DNA of 64,000 bases, from the NCBI RefSeq assembly GCF_009914755.1, contig NC_060942.1; one strand, given 5' to 3'. This document shows positions 1-17,641 of this stretch, piece after piece (positions within the stretch are counted from its first letter, which is position 1; every line of letters begins with the position of its first letter). The notes under the pieces were generated by a model. The model was not told the origin of the DNA. It searched no databases and saw only the letters and a program-made list of their open reading frames with translations. This DNA is from the human T2T-CHM13v2.0 reference genome, Homo sapiens. Position numbers and translations under genes: made by a program.

Positions 1-149
1 AGTGCATGGATCTTAGAACATTTACTTCCATTCCCTTCTCCCAATTTACATGCCTTTTTGTTGTGAATGTTAAACCTATCAAGGCATCATTTTTATTGCC
101 TACAATCAGTGTTTATTGGGATTTACTCATTTATCCTTTCTGTTAATCT

Positions 150-800
150 TTAACTCAAGGCTTTCATCTGGTATTGTTTTCCATCTTAGGAAGTTCCTTC
201 AATATGTCTGCTGGTGATGAATTATCTTATTTTTACCTGAAAATATCTTTATTCCACCTTCATACTTGAAGGATATTTTTACTGCATATGGTATTCAAGG
301 TCAGCAATTTCTTAACCACCATCCTTCACTATCTCATTCTGTTGTCAGTCTCATTATTGTTTTAAAAAAATGTATTTTCCCTCCTTTGGTTATTTTGTGG
401 TTGGTTCCTCCCCTGCCCCCACCCCATCCCCTGCCCAGCAGTTTTACTATGATATGTCTATGTGGATTTCTTTTTTACATCCTGCTTGGTTTTCACGGGC
501 TTTGATTTCGTGGTCTTCAGTTTTTAAAAATTTTGCCATTCTTTTACCTCTCTTCCTTCCAGATGATTACTTTGAACTATCTTCAGTTAACTAATTCTCT
601 CTTCAGTGACATCTGATTTTCTGTTAAGTCCCTCCTTCAGTTGCCAATTTCTGTTTGACGTTTTCAGTTAATCAATGTATTAAAGTCTGCCTAGAGTTCC
701 TTTAGGTCTGTTGTGATTTTCTCTTAGTTTCTGTTGGTTTTCATTCTAGTTCTGTCCTTCATGTATCTGGTGATTCTATTATTGTTGTACTAGACATTTT
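150..800 (-). mobile_element. Very old L1M/HAL1-like fragment
   Basis: gtctgctggtgatgaatt...ttgaaggatatttttactgcatat, typical antisense old-L1 ORF1 region. Confidence 0.5.
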
Positions 801-1182
801 ATTTATGAATATTTATAGAAATAATTGGATATATAGGATAAGAGTGTGTTACATTTGCTTCTGTCCGTTGTCTGGGCTGCTACCCATCTATTACCACTTC
901 AGTTTCAGAGATTGACATGATTCAAAGGAAGTTGCATTTCTTTTGCAAGCTGGTCTGCTTTAGGTTTACCTGTGCTGCTAGAATTTACTCCCAGGACTAA
1001 AGCATCCTTAAATATGAAATTTATATCCCAGGGCCTCCTTTCTATCTTATATTCTACTAAGTTATTTTTTACTTTAGCTTGTTAACTCTAACATTTTCAA
1101 GCAATTTTTTTTTTTTTTTTTTGTACAGCTGTTTTCATCATGAAGGGTTGGCCTGCCATTTGGAAGCAGAAGTCCGTTTTAA

Positions 1183-1497
<315 letters not shown>

Positions 1498-2262
1498 TTG
1501 TTTAAATTCTCAATATAACTTTCTTAGGAATTACCATCTCAGAGAAAACAATATAGAGAAAGGTTAAATAATTTTCTTCAAGGTTGCATAGATGTTACAG
1601 TGTCGGGATTTGAATTCAAGTATGTATTCAAAGCCTGTGCTTTGTACTGCATTGAGCCGGTATTTTGAGAATATGAATGACATGCAAAAGCTACCCTAGG
1701 GATCATGAGCCACATCGCACATATTGTAGAATATTATTCATATTTTCTTTGTGGTAAAGCGTGACCAAAAATAGGTTAATAAGTGTACCTCTTCTTAGGC
1801 ACTGAGTTCATTATTGGTAATTGATTCACAGTAAATACCTTGTATGTGTAGTTAAATATTTCAAATAGTACTTGAATGGAAAAAAAGTTACATAGAAGAT
1901 CAGCAGGATGTTCTATAATTTTGAAATACAAAACTGTCGCTTAGAAATTCATAAAGTAGAAATGAAGCAAAATTTACTTGACATATAATTCAGCATTTTT
2001 TACGTATTTACTGCTTTCTCAACTTCATATTCCTGTTCTTTCAATTTTTACCATATCCAGCACGTTTATTCTGGATGTTTTGTAAAAGAATGTACAGGTA
2101 AGAGGAACCTGGGAGTAAGCAAGAAATATTTGTTGAACGAATGAAGGTCAATATACTATTAGTAGTTCTATTCTTCCTACTCATTTATTTTTGTGGAAAG
2201 AACAGAAATGTTGACTCTTTGAATTCCTTCCCCCTTTATACAAACATTGTCAGTAATCTTAA

Positions 2263-2466
<204 letters not shown>

Positions 2467-2700
2467 TAGTTTATGAATGAAATATTTTGTTTAAAAGTGA
2501 AGTAATTATTGGATGTGAAATATAAATAATTCAATTTTCAGGAAAATTAGTATATAATATGTTTAAATTTGTTCAATAATTTGACCTGTTACAGGAGTCA
2601 CATTTCCATTTCTCTTTATATCAAAGACTCAGCATTTTAGTGTGTAGTGTTGTAAAGTTGCTTATATCAACCATGCATGAAAAATATTAGTAATATTTCA

Positions 2701-3075
2701 CACAGCCATAACAAGAGAACGAAATTATGTCCTTTGCAGCAACATGGATGTGGCTAGAGGCCATTATCCTAAGTAAATTAATTAAGAAACTAAAAACCAA
2801 ATACTGCATGTTCTCCCTTGCAAGTGGGAGCTAAACATTGGGTACACACGGACACAAAGATGGGAACGGTAAACGCTGGGGATTGCAAAAGAGGGGAAAG
2901 AGGGAGGTGGGCAAGAGTTGAAAAACTACCTATTAGGTACTGTGTTTGCTACTTGGGTGACGGGATCATTAGAAGCCCAAACCTCAGCATCCTGCAATAT
3001 ACTCATGTAATACACTTGCACATACACCCCCTGAATCTAAGATAATTTTTAAAATAATGAAAGTTGGAAATTAAA
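2701..3075 (+). mobile_element. 5'-truncated L1PB-like 3' end
   Basis: cctttgcagcaacatggatg...gttgaaaaactacctatt; TSD-like aaaata..tagt(aa)tatttca on both sides. Confidence 0.85.
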
Positions 3076-3162
3076 AATAAATAGTATTTCAGTTATTAGA
3101 ATTCTGGATAGTGATGTTCAAGGCAGTTTAAATACACATCTACATATAATACTGTTGGTATA

Positions 3163-3483
<321 letters not shown>

Positions 3484-3687
3484 TTACCTATGTTTTTTAA
3501 TACCTCTAAGTTTGTTCTTAGATGGCTGTAAACATCCAAAAATTAACCTGACCTAACTTTTTTATGCTGAATTTTAAAAGCAGATTGATTACTTTTAAAA
3601 GATTAATGGAAATAAATTTTAGAAGGTAACATTTAATTTTATTTAGTATGTGCCATTGTTATGTCTTCCCTTCCTCTTAAATGCTAA

Positions 3688-3897
<210 letters not shown>

Positions 3898-4119
3898 TAA
3901 CAAGAAAAATTATCTTTGATTTTAGGGTACAAAATTATTTGTATGGATTCTGTCAGTTACTCTGATTAAGGTTATAGGGAAAACTTGTGCAGATGAATTA
4001 AATATTTATAAATATCTTTGTATTTGAATACAAATAGAGAATATATAACATTATACATAAAATGAATTCAGAATAATAAGCAGAACTGACTCAAAATGCA
4101 GAAATCTCAATCTGCCTAC

Positions 4120-4413
4120 CTTTTTTTTTTTTTTTTTTTGAGACAGGGTCTTGTTCTGTCACCCAGGCTGGAGTAGCATGGCACAATCATAGCTCACTGC
4201 AACCTCAAGCAGTCCTCCCACCTCAGCCTCCTGAGTAGCTGGGACCACAAGGTGCACAGCACCACACCTGGCTAGTTTTAAATTTTTTTTCTGTGGGGTT
4301 TTGCTGTGTTTTGCTGTGTTGCCCAGGCTGGTCTTGAAATCCTGACCTCATGTTATCCTCCTGCCTCAGCCTTCCAAAGTGCTGGGATTACAGCTGTGAA
4401 CCACCATACCCAG
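4120..4413 (-). mobile_element. AluJ
   Basis: Diverged antisense Alu. Confidence 0.88.
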
Positions 4414-5240
4414 CTGCTACCTTTTCTAATACATACCTTTACTCACCTGTTTAGTGTATCTGTCACGAATGAGTGTGAACTATATTGACTCTTCAATGTC
4501 CGGTTCACTGAGGGGACTGAAGGACATAAGTATTTTTTTTAAAGAGATCTGTTCTGATGACTGCTCATAGTTAAGAAAGAAAATCAGAGCTCCTCCAAGG
4601 CTGCAGATTTCATGAAGCATAAGCAGCAACACAGCTGTCAAAAATATTAACAAAAACATGTAAAACACAGTAGTGGGACTGCACCTTCATGGAAAATTTG
4701 GTTGGTGGGATGCTTGTCTACTTTCAGTTTATTTTCCTGTTTTAGATGATGGGTTATTCTTCCCTAGACATCTCTTCTTTTCCCAAAACATCTTGTTGGG
4801 GTAAACGGTGCCATAGAATTACTCCAAGGGTCTTTGAATATCATATAAGCACCGAACATTGTGAGAAACACATATAGGCCTATTGGTTTTCAAATGTATA
4901 CAGGTGCTGCTGGTGTTAATAAAATATTTAAAGTCACTACAAGTTTATAATAACTTATTAAGCACTTTTTCACATCTGTAGGTACTAAAAGTACATGAAA
5001 AGGTGATATTTTAAAATGGGAGTCCTTGTAATTTAGTAAGGTAGGAACTGTTGTATTGAAGTCTCTTGTTCTTTTATGGTTTCTGGAACTATTTCTTGCC
5101 TGTGGAACACTCAAACTTAGAACTGAATTTTGTGCTTAGACTAAGAAAGATCCAGATAATTTAATGTTGGGGGCTCTCTGTATTATTTCTGATTTGTACA
5201 TGCTCTTCTCTGGGTTTAATCTTCTCATCAGTTTCTCTAA

Positions 5241-5546
<306 letters not shown>

Positions 5547-6169
5547 TGAAATATTTTCTGTTTTTGCTATTACAAATTGAACCCAAGATCTTTATAAGTA
5601 AGACTCTCGTTTTTCCTATGGGATAACAGCTTTCTCTGATTCTAGTTGTTTTTAACTTTAGTGACAGTACGTGATGTTTTATGTTTCATTGAAAAGCTGC
5701 CGTTATGTGGATAGAAACAAAAAATGTAGCCCAGGTAAATTTTAATTAAACAACTTGTCTTTGTTACTCATTTTTTTCTAAAATGAAAATAGTTTTATTT
5801 GTATTTTAAAAATATACAGTGCAAGAACCTCCATAAATAATCAAGATATTGTCACCTGTCAGAGATAATAGATGCTTAGCAACTTAGTATTACCTTCCAG
5901 AGTTTCGGCATATACACTAATGCTGCCTGCATACCATGTGTGTATATGATTTATATACATGTTCGGAGGGTGTAAAATTTCATTAATAGAATTGTGCCTT
6001 TATAAAAATCTTTTCTTGTTCAACATCTCTAATATATTCTTAGTAAAAGTAAGCCTACATCATTGTATATTAATGACCACAGTTTATTTGATCAATCCTT
6101 AGTGAAAATTTAGTTCTTTTCTAAAGTTTGTTTTTATCAACAGTGCTTCCATTAGCTTTCTTCTATGTA

Positions 6170-6473
6170 TAGTCAGCCCCCCATATCCGTGGGTTTCACA
6201 TCTGTAGATTCAAAAATAATTAGGAAAAAAATTTCATCTGTACTGAATACATACATTTTTCTTGTCAGTATTCCATAAACAATACAACAACTATTTTCAT
6301 AGCATTTTAGTAGTTATTACTAAGTAATCTAGGGATGATTCAAAGTATATGGAGTATGTGCATAGGCTGTATGCAAATACGACACCATTTTATATCAGGG
6401 ATGTGAGTATGCATGGATTTGAGTATCTATGGGAGTCCTGGAACTAGTACCCCACAGATACCAAGGGATGACT
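6170..6473. mobile_element. MER2 (Tigger-family) MITE
   Basis: agtcagccccccatatccgtgggttt ... ccccacagataccaagggatgact. Confidence 0.8.
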
Positions 6474-7084
6474 ATATATCCTTTTGCATATATTATTTCT
6501 TTAAGAAATTACTAGAAGCAGAATGCGTTAGAGATAGGATATGCATATTTTAAGCCTTTTGGTAGTTACTGCCAGTGCTCTTCAGTTTATATTCCTGCCA
6601 GAAGTATATGTCTATCTTACTCATATTAGCAACACTATATGTGTGAACACTTTTAAAAATTCTAACCAAGTATCTGATTAAAAATTTATTTTTGTCGAAT
6701 ATTTTTTGGTTTTAATCTTTCTAAGATTGTTTACCGACCATTTCTTTTAGAATTTTCATTTTTTTCTTAAAAATATTAGTGCTCTTTGGTATATAAGTAC
6801 TTTTTCATGAGATGTTCTTTTGTTTTTAGAACTTGCCTTTGTTTATATTGGAGGGGCAGATCATATTCACAGTGCTATCTCTGATATCCTTAATTTCTTT
6901 AATTTTTGATATATCTGGATTTTATTGACCCTTTTTCAAATCCATTAATTTTCTTGATATCTTTTCAGTAATTCTAACAGTACTAATAGATATGAAATGT
7001 TACCTTTTCTTGTATTTTTGTTGTTGTTCATTTCTGTGTCTAACTCATTGCAGCATCACATTGTTTCAGTAAAATTAGGCTTAT

Positions 7085-7300
7085 ACGGTAGGAGCCTGCC
7101 AGCTGTACCTGGCCTGAAGACTTGTCAATTGGTCTGGCAGTGACTGACCAGTACAGCATTTTCATTGTAATTAGTTTCCAACATTTAAAGTTCTGGAATT
7201 TTTACATAAAAATCTGCATTTCTAATTTATTTGGTGAAATCTAAAGATCTGTCAACACTGGGTGAGGATTCTCTTAGCCAGCTGTATGTGCACCCTGAAC
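7085..7300. mobile_element. MER102-like hAT-Charlie fragment
   Basis: ccaacatttaaag...tacataaaaatctgcatttct...aagatctgtcaacactggg. Confidence 0.55.
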
Positions 7301-7614
7301 AGTGACTGCTCCTGTCAGTGTGTCTGGTTTCCAGTCAGCCGCTTCCATGCCACTTCTTTTCATTTATTGACATTGAGGACATGTGTATTTACCACTTATA
7401 TTCACACTTGTTCTTCCTTTTTTATTATAGTGGAGAATAAAGTAAGATTTTCTTGTGCTCTAACAAAAATTAGGTAATGAAAGCCACGTTGAAAAACAAA
7501 GGGGAGTGGGGAGACATACTTAACATGCAGAGTGGATTTGTGTTGGAAGAAGACATCTAGTCTTCTTTCTAAAGAAAGTTTTCTAAAGAAAACTTTACCT
7601 GTTTTCCTGTTTAG

Positions 7615-7918
<304 letters not shown>

Positions 7919-8603
7919 TGTCTCCAGTTTTCTTGGCCCCCTTATGGTCATTTGAAATTGCTAAACCTGCTGTATATACTCCTGAGATTCAGACAAGAGA
8001 TTTAGCTATTCCCCAGCAGCTGTATATAAAAATCTCTTCACATCATGCATGTAAATTGTACTCTTACCACTAGAGGACCCTGATATCTCACTGAATCAAT
8101 AGAAAACTCAAGTCCTTCTTGGCTCCTGCCTCACATATTGATTTAGTATGTCTGGAGCAGGGCTCTAGAATCTGATTTTTAAAAAGCAGGTGATTCTTAT
8201 CATTAGGGAAGTTTAGGAAACACTGGTCTAGAGCACAACCAATGTTTGTAAATGTTCCACATTATTGCTTTGTTTAAAGTTACAATCTAAATTTGTAGTT
8301 GCTTAAGTTTGTTAATTGTGCTATTCAGATTCACTGTATTATTTGCCTACATGATCTGGACATTTCTGATGGCAGTGTCTAAGTTTCATTCTGATATGCA
8401 TTTGTTTGTTTCTCATATGCCAAATTTCCGTTTATACTTGGATCCAGTTTGGGACTCTTCATTTCTGTTATTCTGTTTATCCTTTTTTCTTGGTAGGTAT
8501 GCATCAGGGATTAAAAACTATAAAACTTTGAGATAGGAGATTCCTCTTCAAACAAGATAAAAAGGAAAAGATTATATTTAACTACATTAAAAGTTACACT
8601 TTC

Positions 8604-8898
<295 letters not shown>

Positions 8899-9063
8899 TT
8901 ACACTTTATGTACGTAAGCATATCTTAAACAGAATTAAAAGAACAGTGACAATGTGTTGATAATTGTTGACACTGGATAATCAGGTTTATTATCTGATTC
9001 TGTAGTAGAAAAAAAAAGTTTTTAAGGTAGTAAATTAAGGAGAAATATTGATTTTGCTGTATG

Positions 9064-9708
<645 letters not shown>

Positions 9709-10218
9709 TATGTTAGATACATATAATTAAAGGACTGATATATTGAACAGATTTCTAAAACCTCCTAAGGAACTACTTGCAAATCAATTTAAAAAAAAAG
9801 ACAAACCGGTAGAAAAATAAATGGGCAAAGAATATGAGCAGGCAATTAATGGAAAAGAAAATATAAATAACCTGTAAACATAAGAAGCATGATTTCAGTA
9901 CCACTCAGGGAGATGTTAGTTAAAATAATAATGACTGGTTGCTTTTTAATTCCCCTTTTTAGAAAAATATGATTGATATTAAATGTTGGCCAGCATAAGG
10001 GGAATTGGGCACTCCCATATACTGCTGGTGAGAGGATAAATTGATACAGCTTCTTATAAGGGAAATTTGATACTTACCTTTTAAAATAAACTTATACTTC
10101 TCATTATTCATCCCAGAAAACACATTTGCAGAGAAACATTTGGAGATATATTTTTGCTATGTTATAGATAATTGTTTAAAAATTGTAAACATACTAAATA
10201 TTTGCCACCCAATGAATG

Positions 10219-10339
10219 AGTAGTATAGTATAGTGTACTATATACTATACTACTAGTATATATAGTATACAGTATATAGTATAGTATATAGTGTACTATA
10301 TACTATACTACTAGTATAGTACTATATACTATACTATAC
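10219..10339. repeat. TAGTA/TACTA AT-rich quasi-palindromic repeat
   Basis: Perfect 14-, 16- and 18-bp inverted repeats plus a 32-bp direct repeat. Confidence 0.9.
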
Positions 10340-11280
10340 ATAAATTTTAAATTGGCATCTATACATTCACATGAATTGATCAAATCGAGTGCTGAAAGCA
10401 AGTTGCTAAAGTATATGTTACTTATTTTTAAAATGCAAATAGTATTTTTTAAATACATGTTTGCATTTATGTAAGTCTGTTGAAAACCACATTCAGAAAC
10501 TGATTGGCAGTTGGTTTAATGGTGGGCTTGTATTCTATATTCTTTGGGAAAAAGTCTGTGAGCTGTAATTTATAATTTTATTTCATGGATTGACCTACAG
10601 TGCCATATCGATTTAGATTTTTTAAAAATACTACTTCTCTGTAAATTGTATTGTTATAGTCTAAACAAAAACAGCTACTATCGTTTCCCTTAGAACTGTG
10701 TGAAAAAATCATTTCAGATAAAAATATATTTGTGTCATTTACTAGTTATATGTTTTGGTCTTAAAGTATATCAAAAGGTTTTTTATCCATTAATGAGAAA
10801 GACACAATTTAAAAAATCTTTAGAGCTTTTCAAAATCTCTTGTTCTGTCACCTGGGACTTTGATGGGTCTATTTCCATGTTAACAGCTGTAACTTAAACT
10901 CAGCATTGGGCTTTGTGATTGTTTTTATAACTTTCACACTATCAGCTCTTTCATGCTGCTTTCAATTTAGAGGTTAGAATCAAGAAGATTTTACAGGTCA
11001 AAATTTTAAGTGGCCATCTCTAATGTGAAGGAAATAACTTTTTCTTGAAATTTTTTATCATATATACTTTTCACATAAGCTGTTTATTGATACGATCATT
11101 TGGCTTTCAAACCAATACCAGAAGGTAAAAAGTTGTATGTCTTGGGTAGTGGTGGTGGTGATAATGGTTTAATGGAATCTTAAGGATCAGCCTATGCCTT
11201 TGGCCTTTAAAATTAACCACTTACTTGAAAACAGCATAATGAGTTATGTAACATTTATATGTTGTAAATTTTCTTTTTAA

Positions 11281-11550
<270 letters not shown>

Positions 11551-11553
11551 TGA

Positions 11554-11832
<279 letters not shown>

Positions 11833-12239
11833 TAAAATACAGAATGTTTCAGAAAGGTGGTAATGATGGTTGATACTGTCATTGAGAATTCTTAAGATGA
11901 AGTATTTCTTATTTTAAATAAATTTGTATCCTGCTTAAAAGAAATCAACACGTTCTGTTAGGAATCTGGACCTGTGGAAAATTTAAGGCTTTCTACATAA
12001 TAATAATGTTTATATTTAGCTCTAGCTTCTGGCAAAAGATACTGGATAATAATATCACCAAGGGAGTGATGTGTAATGTAATTTTTCATTTGGGTAATGA
12101 GCTGTTTGTATTTTACTTCAAACATCTGCAGTTTGTCATACTATGGAGGTATCTGGGGCAGCACACACTGATACTGAAATATGTAAATTATTCTTGAGTC
12201 AATTCACAGAAAGTTTGCTGCAGTTTTGTTTTGTTTAGT

Positions 12240-12544
12240 TTTGTTTTCTGTTTTTTGTTTTTTTTTGAGACACAGTCTCTGTCGCCCAGGCTGGAGTGCA
12301 GTGGCACGATCTCACTCACTGCACCCTCTGCCTCCCAAGTTCAAGTGATTCTCGTGCCTCAGCCTCCCAAGTAGCTAGGATTACAGGCACATGCCACCAC
12401 GCCTGGCTGATTTTTGTATTTTTAGTAGAGACGGGGTTTCACCATGTTGGCCAGGCTGGTCTCAAACTTCTTACCTCAAGTGATCTGCCCACCTTGGCCC
12501 CCACAAAGTGCTAGGATTACAGGTGTGAGTCACCACACCCAGCC
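12240..12544 (-). mobile_element. AluS
   Basis: Antisense Alu. Confidence 0.9.
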
Positions 12545-13155
12545 TACGTTTGCTGCAATTCTTAATAATGTTTCATATAATTGAAAGACAAGACATTTTC
12601 TGAGTTGTGCTCTATCATCTCTTCCCTTTTCATTTGTCATATTTTTTTGCTAAGGTTTTTGGCCTTGTGTTATTTTGATCAAGTTAACCAAGAAATATTT
12701 ACCGCTTGCCTCAAAGTACTCACTTTTGTGTATGCCTGCACAAGATCAAGGATATTTAGAATATAATAGGAGCTAAATCTAGTAGTGAGATAATGTCATT
12801 TGTGTAGCACTAAAAATTGTTTTTATAAAGTCTTTGAGAACAGCCTTGTGCAATTATGTATAAATTATGTATACTCGTGGATTAAGATTAAGTAACTTAT
12901 CCAAGATTACTAGGAGTTTGCAGTATATCATATCTCCCTTTAGTTGCATTAATTTTGTTTTCTCATTTTTGTATATCAGAATTGAGCCTTAAGATGTATA
13001 GTTTAATTTTGAATTTCTGAAATGGTCACCTATCAGTTTTCATTTTAGCAACAGACATTAAAAGGAAAAAACAAAAGGAACTTTAAAATATTTTTCAAAA
13101 ACTATGATTTGGGGGCTATCAGAAATTGATGCAAATTTTTTGTTTTTTATTTTAG

Positions 13156-13241
13156 GTCAAGTTGAAGAAGCAAGATTAAAAGAGGCCCAATTGCGAAATG
13201 AACTAAAAATACATAATATTGACATTCCTACAACACAACAG
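13156..13241 (+). CDS. SMCHD1: SMCHD1 exon 40 (86 nt), [10 protein letters not shown]...IPTTQQ
   Basis: tttag|GT ... CAG|gtacag. Confidence 0.95.
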
Positions 13242-13872
13242 GTACAGCTTCCAACTATACGTGAAAGATTTTTTATTAAAGTCTATTCTACAATTTTCTC
13301 AATTATTCAGTTTTTATTAGGAATTCTGAGTATTGTTGTTTTAGGGTACAAAGACGTGCATTATCGTCACTAGACATTAAAAATGACTAACAAAATGATA
13401 GAGTGCTCTATTCAAAGAAATTGCAATTTGTATTTTTAATGTAATGACACCAATAAATGCAATTAATAATACATCAGTTCAAGTACTGCATTGAAAAGGC
13501 TGCATAACCACTACACGTGATGGTAAACAAAATAAGAGAAAATAAAAAGCAATCTAGATTTTTAAAATTTATATTCTTTTATATGTGTAACTCAGTTTCA
13601 AGAGAAGTCCTATTATAGGTAGTGTATTTCTTGGCTAAGATTTTTTTAAATTCAGTGAAGTGGGAACTTTATATTACTATAACCATGGTTTTTAAAATTG
13701 TGTTTTCTTTGTGTGTGTGTGTATTTTCTGATAGTTTTTTTTTTAATAATGCCTACTTACCAACTTTATATTCTTTAGTTATCTAAATTGTTAATTTTTC
13801 TCCACTGTCATTATGGGCTGCCTGGTTCAAGAGTAATTGGTCTTGTAGTTAATTTTTCTTTATAAATTATAG

Positions 13873-14007
<135 letters not shown>

Positions 14008-15262
14008 TAAGCCTTTTGAAAGGCAGTACATTTTATTATCTTGTTTGTTTAAAACGGGTCTTCTAAAAGTGACAAAAAAGTGTCAGGTTCTTTGTAATTT
14101 ACTTCTTTCCAATAAAGTACCTGCTCTCATTATTGCAATAGGGATTTGGCAGAGTTTAAAACTGAAATCTGTAATGTTACTATTGAGGGCTGTGGCAAAA
14201 GTTGTTAACATCTATTAGTTCAAGGCTTGTTGTTTACTTAGAGATGCTTTCATGTCATGCAGCTCTGTTTTTGGAGGGGGAGACAGTCTGTCACCCAGGC
14301 TGGAGTACGATGGTAAGACTGTGGCTCGCTGCTCCCTCCACCTGCTGGGCTCAAGTGATCCTTCTGCCTCAGCCCCCCAAGTAGCTGTGACTACAGGCAT
14401 GTGCCACCATGCCCAGCTGAAACTGAGGTCAAGTAACTTGCTCAGAGTTGCACAGATAGCAAGTGGCAGAGCCAGGGGTGAAACCCCAAGTAGTCTGACT
14501 CTGGAGTCTTTGGTTATTGCCTTTGCATGTATATTCTACTTTTGTAACCACCATATGAACTATTATTTGTAGTATTTCTCATTTATACATAAAGAAATTG
14601 AAATTCAGGGAGCTCAAATAACTTGTTAAAATATAGTTAAAGGCAGAGCTTAGATGTGACTCAAGGTCTCTCTGACTCTAAAGTCTGTGATAGTTTTTTT
14701 ATATGCCCTATAACTTCACAAATATACTGTCCACTGAAAATAGGGGGTAACGTGTAGCAATGTGTATGACCAAAACCGTGTTACGTTATTACCCAAACCT
14801 CAGATCCGCAAACTGAAAAATTGAATTTTAATTCAAGTTAAATATAAATTTATGTATTAGGAAACAAGTTGCTAATATACAATGTTTTAAAATATTATTC
14901 CAATTTTTAGAAAAAAGCAGTTCTTTGATCCTAAGCATATAAATATATGGCTTCCACATTTTAATAGTTCATCCAATACAAAATTCTTGGACAATATGTG
15001 AGATTTTTACCAACATATAAATTTTAGCAAGAGAAATGTATTTTAAAGTCTCCTTTTTAAATATTTCCCATTGCATGTCTTGAAAATCTGGGGGAAATCT
15101 TTGAAATTTCGTTTTACATAGTTTCTCTCTTGTCCCCTCAGAAATACAAACCCTACCCTAACCAGTAGGAGAAAACTTTACAGTCCCTCCATGTCATCCT
15201 TAGTCTTTTCCCTTGCTTCCTTAAAAAATACTCTTCCTGGCATTTATTATAAAACTAGAATA

Positions 15263-15620
<358 letters not shown>

Positions 15621-16029
15621 TCAAAATGTATTTATTTTTAACATCGTGAATACCTCAAGTAACTTAGATATTTTACACATTTCTTCCTTAATTCCAAATA
15701 TCTTGAAATCCCATCTCTAAATGAGGAAGATGTAGTAGCAGTTTTAAGATTTTTTTTTCAGTTAAACATATTATAGTTATACTTAACATGCCCTTCTAAA
15801 TAGGTTTTATGACAGTATCATGGTATTTCTTTTACAAAACACATCTAAATGTCACAAGTAAGCCATTTCTTCTGCTTACATTTCATTTGCCTCTACTAAT
15901 TCTTTCTCCATTGGCTAGAACATTGTTTTCATTTTCGTTTACATGTACTAGTTTTTTTGCATGTTCATTTTCTTACCTTTCTTCCACTAACTTCTAGAGA
16001 ATTAGAATATAAGGGTAGATGTTAGGATG

Positions 16030-16333
16030 TGTTTTGTTTTTTGGCTTTTTTTGAGACAGGATCTCACTCCTGTCGCCCAGGCTGGAATGCAGTGGTGCAT
16101 CTCGGCTCAGTGCAGTCTGGACTTTCTGAGCTCAGGTCATCCTCCCACCTCAGCACCCAAGTAGCTGGGACTACAGTTTCGTGCCACCATGCCCCCCTAA
16201 TTTTTTGTATTTTTAGTGGAGATGGGGTTTCGTGATGTTGCCCAAGCTGGTCTCAAACTCCTGGGCTCAAGCACTCTGCCTGCCTGAACTCCCAAAGTGC
16301 TAGTAATACAGTCTTGGGTCACCATGTCCAGCC
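16030..16333 (-). mobile_element. AluJ
   Basis: Antisense Alu; a further half-Alu lies at 16692-16826. Confidence 0.88.
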
Positions 16334-16504
16334 TGATGTTTCTAAAAGTGACACACAATGTTCTTATTGCTAGAGTAGGTTTGTGCTACCAGATCAAGTA
16401 AGATTAAAGGGTAGACACCACCATCCTAGCACAATGAACTAGGCTTTGATACTGGCCACAGTAGTCCAATCTTGGTGGACTTGACTTTGAACAAGAATGC
16501 TTGT

Positions 16505-16590
16505 TGATGATTGGGTGTTCACGCACATGCGTGAGATATGCCACCCTTGAACCTTGTTACACTGTTGGCACATTACCTGTCTGACCTGAG
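16505..16590 (+). pseudogene. 5'-truncated U13 (SNORD13) snoRNA retrocopy
   Basis: TGATGATTGGGTGTTCA...GCCACCCTTGAACCTTGTTAC...GGCACATTACCTGTCTGACC matches U13; A-rich tail; TSD AAGAATGCTTGT (16493) / AAGAATACTTGT (16600). Confidence 0.9.
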
Positions 16591-17356
16591 GGAAAGAAAA
16601 AGAATACTTGTGACTGAAGGAAGGATTTGTAATTATTTATTTATTCTAAGCTCCAAAGCATTGTTCCTAGAAACAGAAGCAAAAGGAACAATTTTTTTTT
16701 TTTTTTTTTTTTTTTTTGGAGACAGGGTCTTGCTCTGTCAGACTGTAGTGCAGTGGCACAATCTCGGCTCACTGCAGCCTCTACCTCCTGGGCTCAAGTT
16801 ATCCTCCTTCCTCAGCCTCCTGAGCAGCAGAAGAAACAATTCTTATTTGTGATGTTTAGATTTGTTTTCTGAAAGGAATACTATAATATTGGAGTAAAGT
16901 ATTTACTTAGAAGGGAAGGGCTTATTAACTGTATTTATGTTTAATTGAACTGCATTATTTTATGTGTATATTATTTAAGTGTACTTTATGATATTCTACC
17001 AATAAGACAGATCCCATTTATAGTGTTAAAATGTGAAAAAAGTATATATTACTAGCTAATAAAATTTCTAATTATTTCATCCCTGAACGGTCTGAGAAAA
17101 GAAGGAAAAATTCCTAATATTTTTATTTGCTCATTTGCAACTTTACTGGAGTTTAATCTTTAGAAAAAGAAATTTTAATTTAATATCAGAATACAATGTT
17201 TAATATATTCAAGTTAAGTTTTTGACAACTTGACAGTTTATTTTTAATTCATGTGTTTCAGAGAAGTTTTTGTTACCTAGGCTTGGGCTTTTAACATAAT
17301 ATCAAATTTTTATATATGGATTTTATATTTTTTTACTTTATGAAAATGGGTTATAG

Positions 17357-17641
<285 letters not shown>

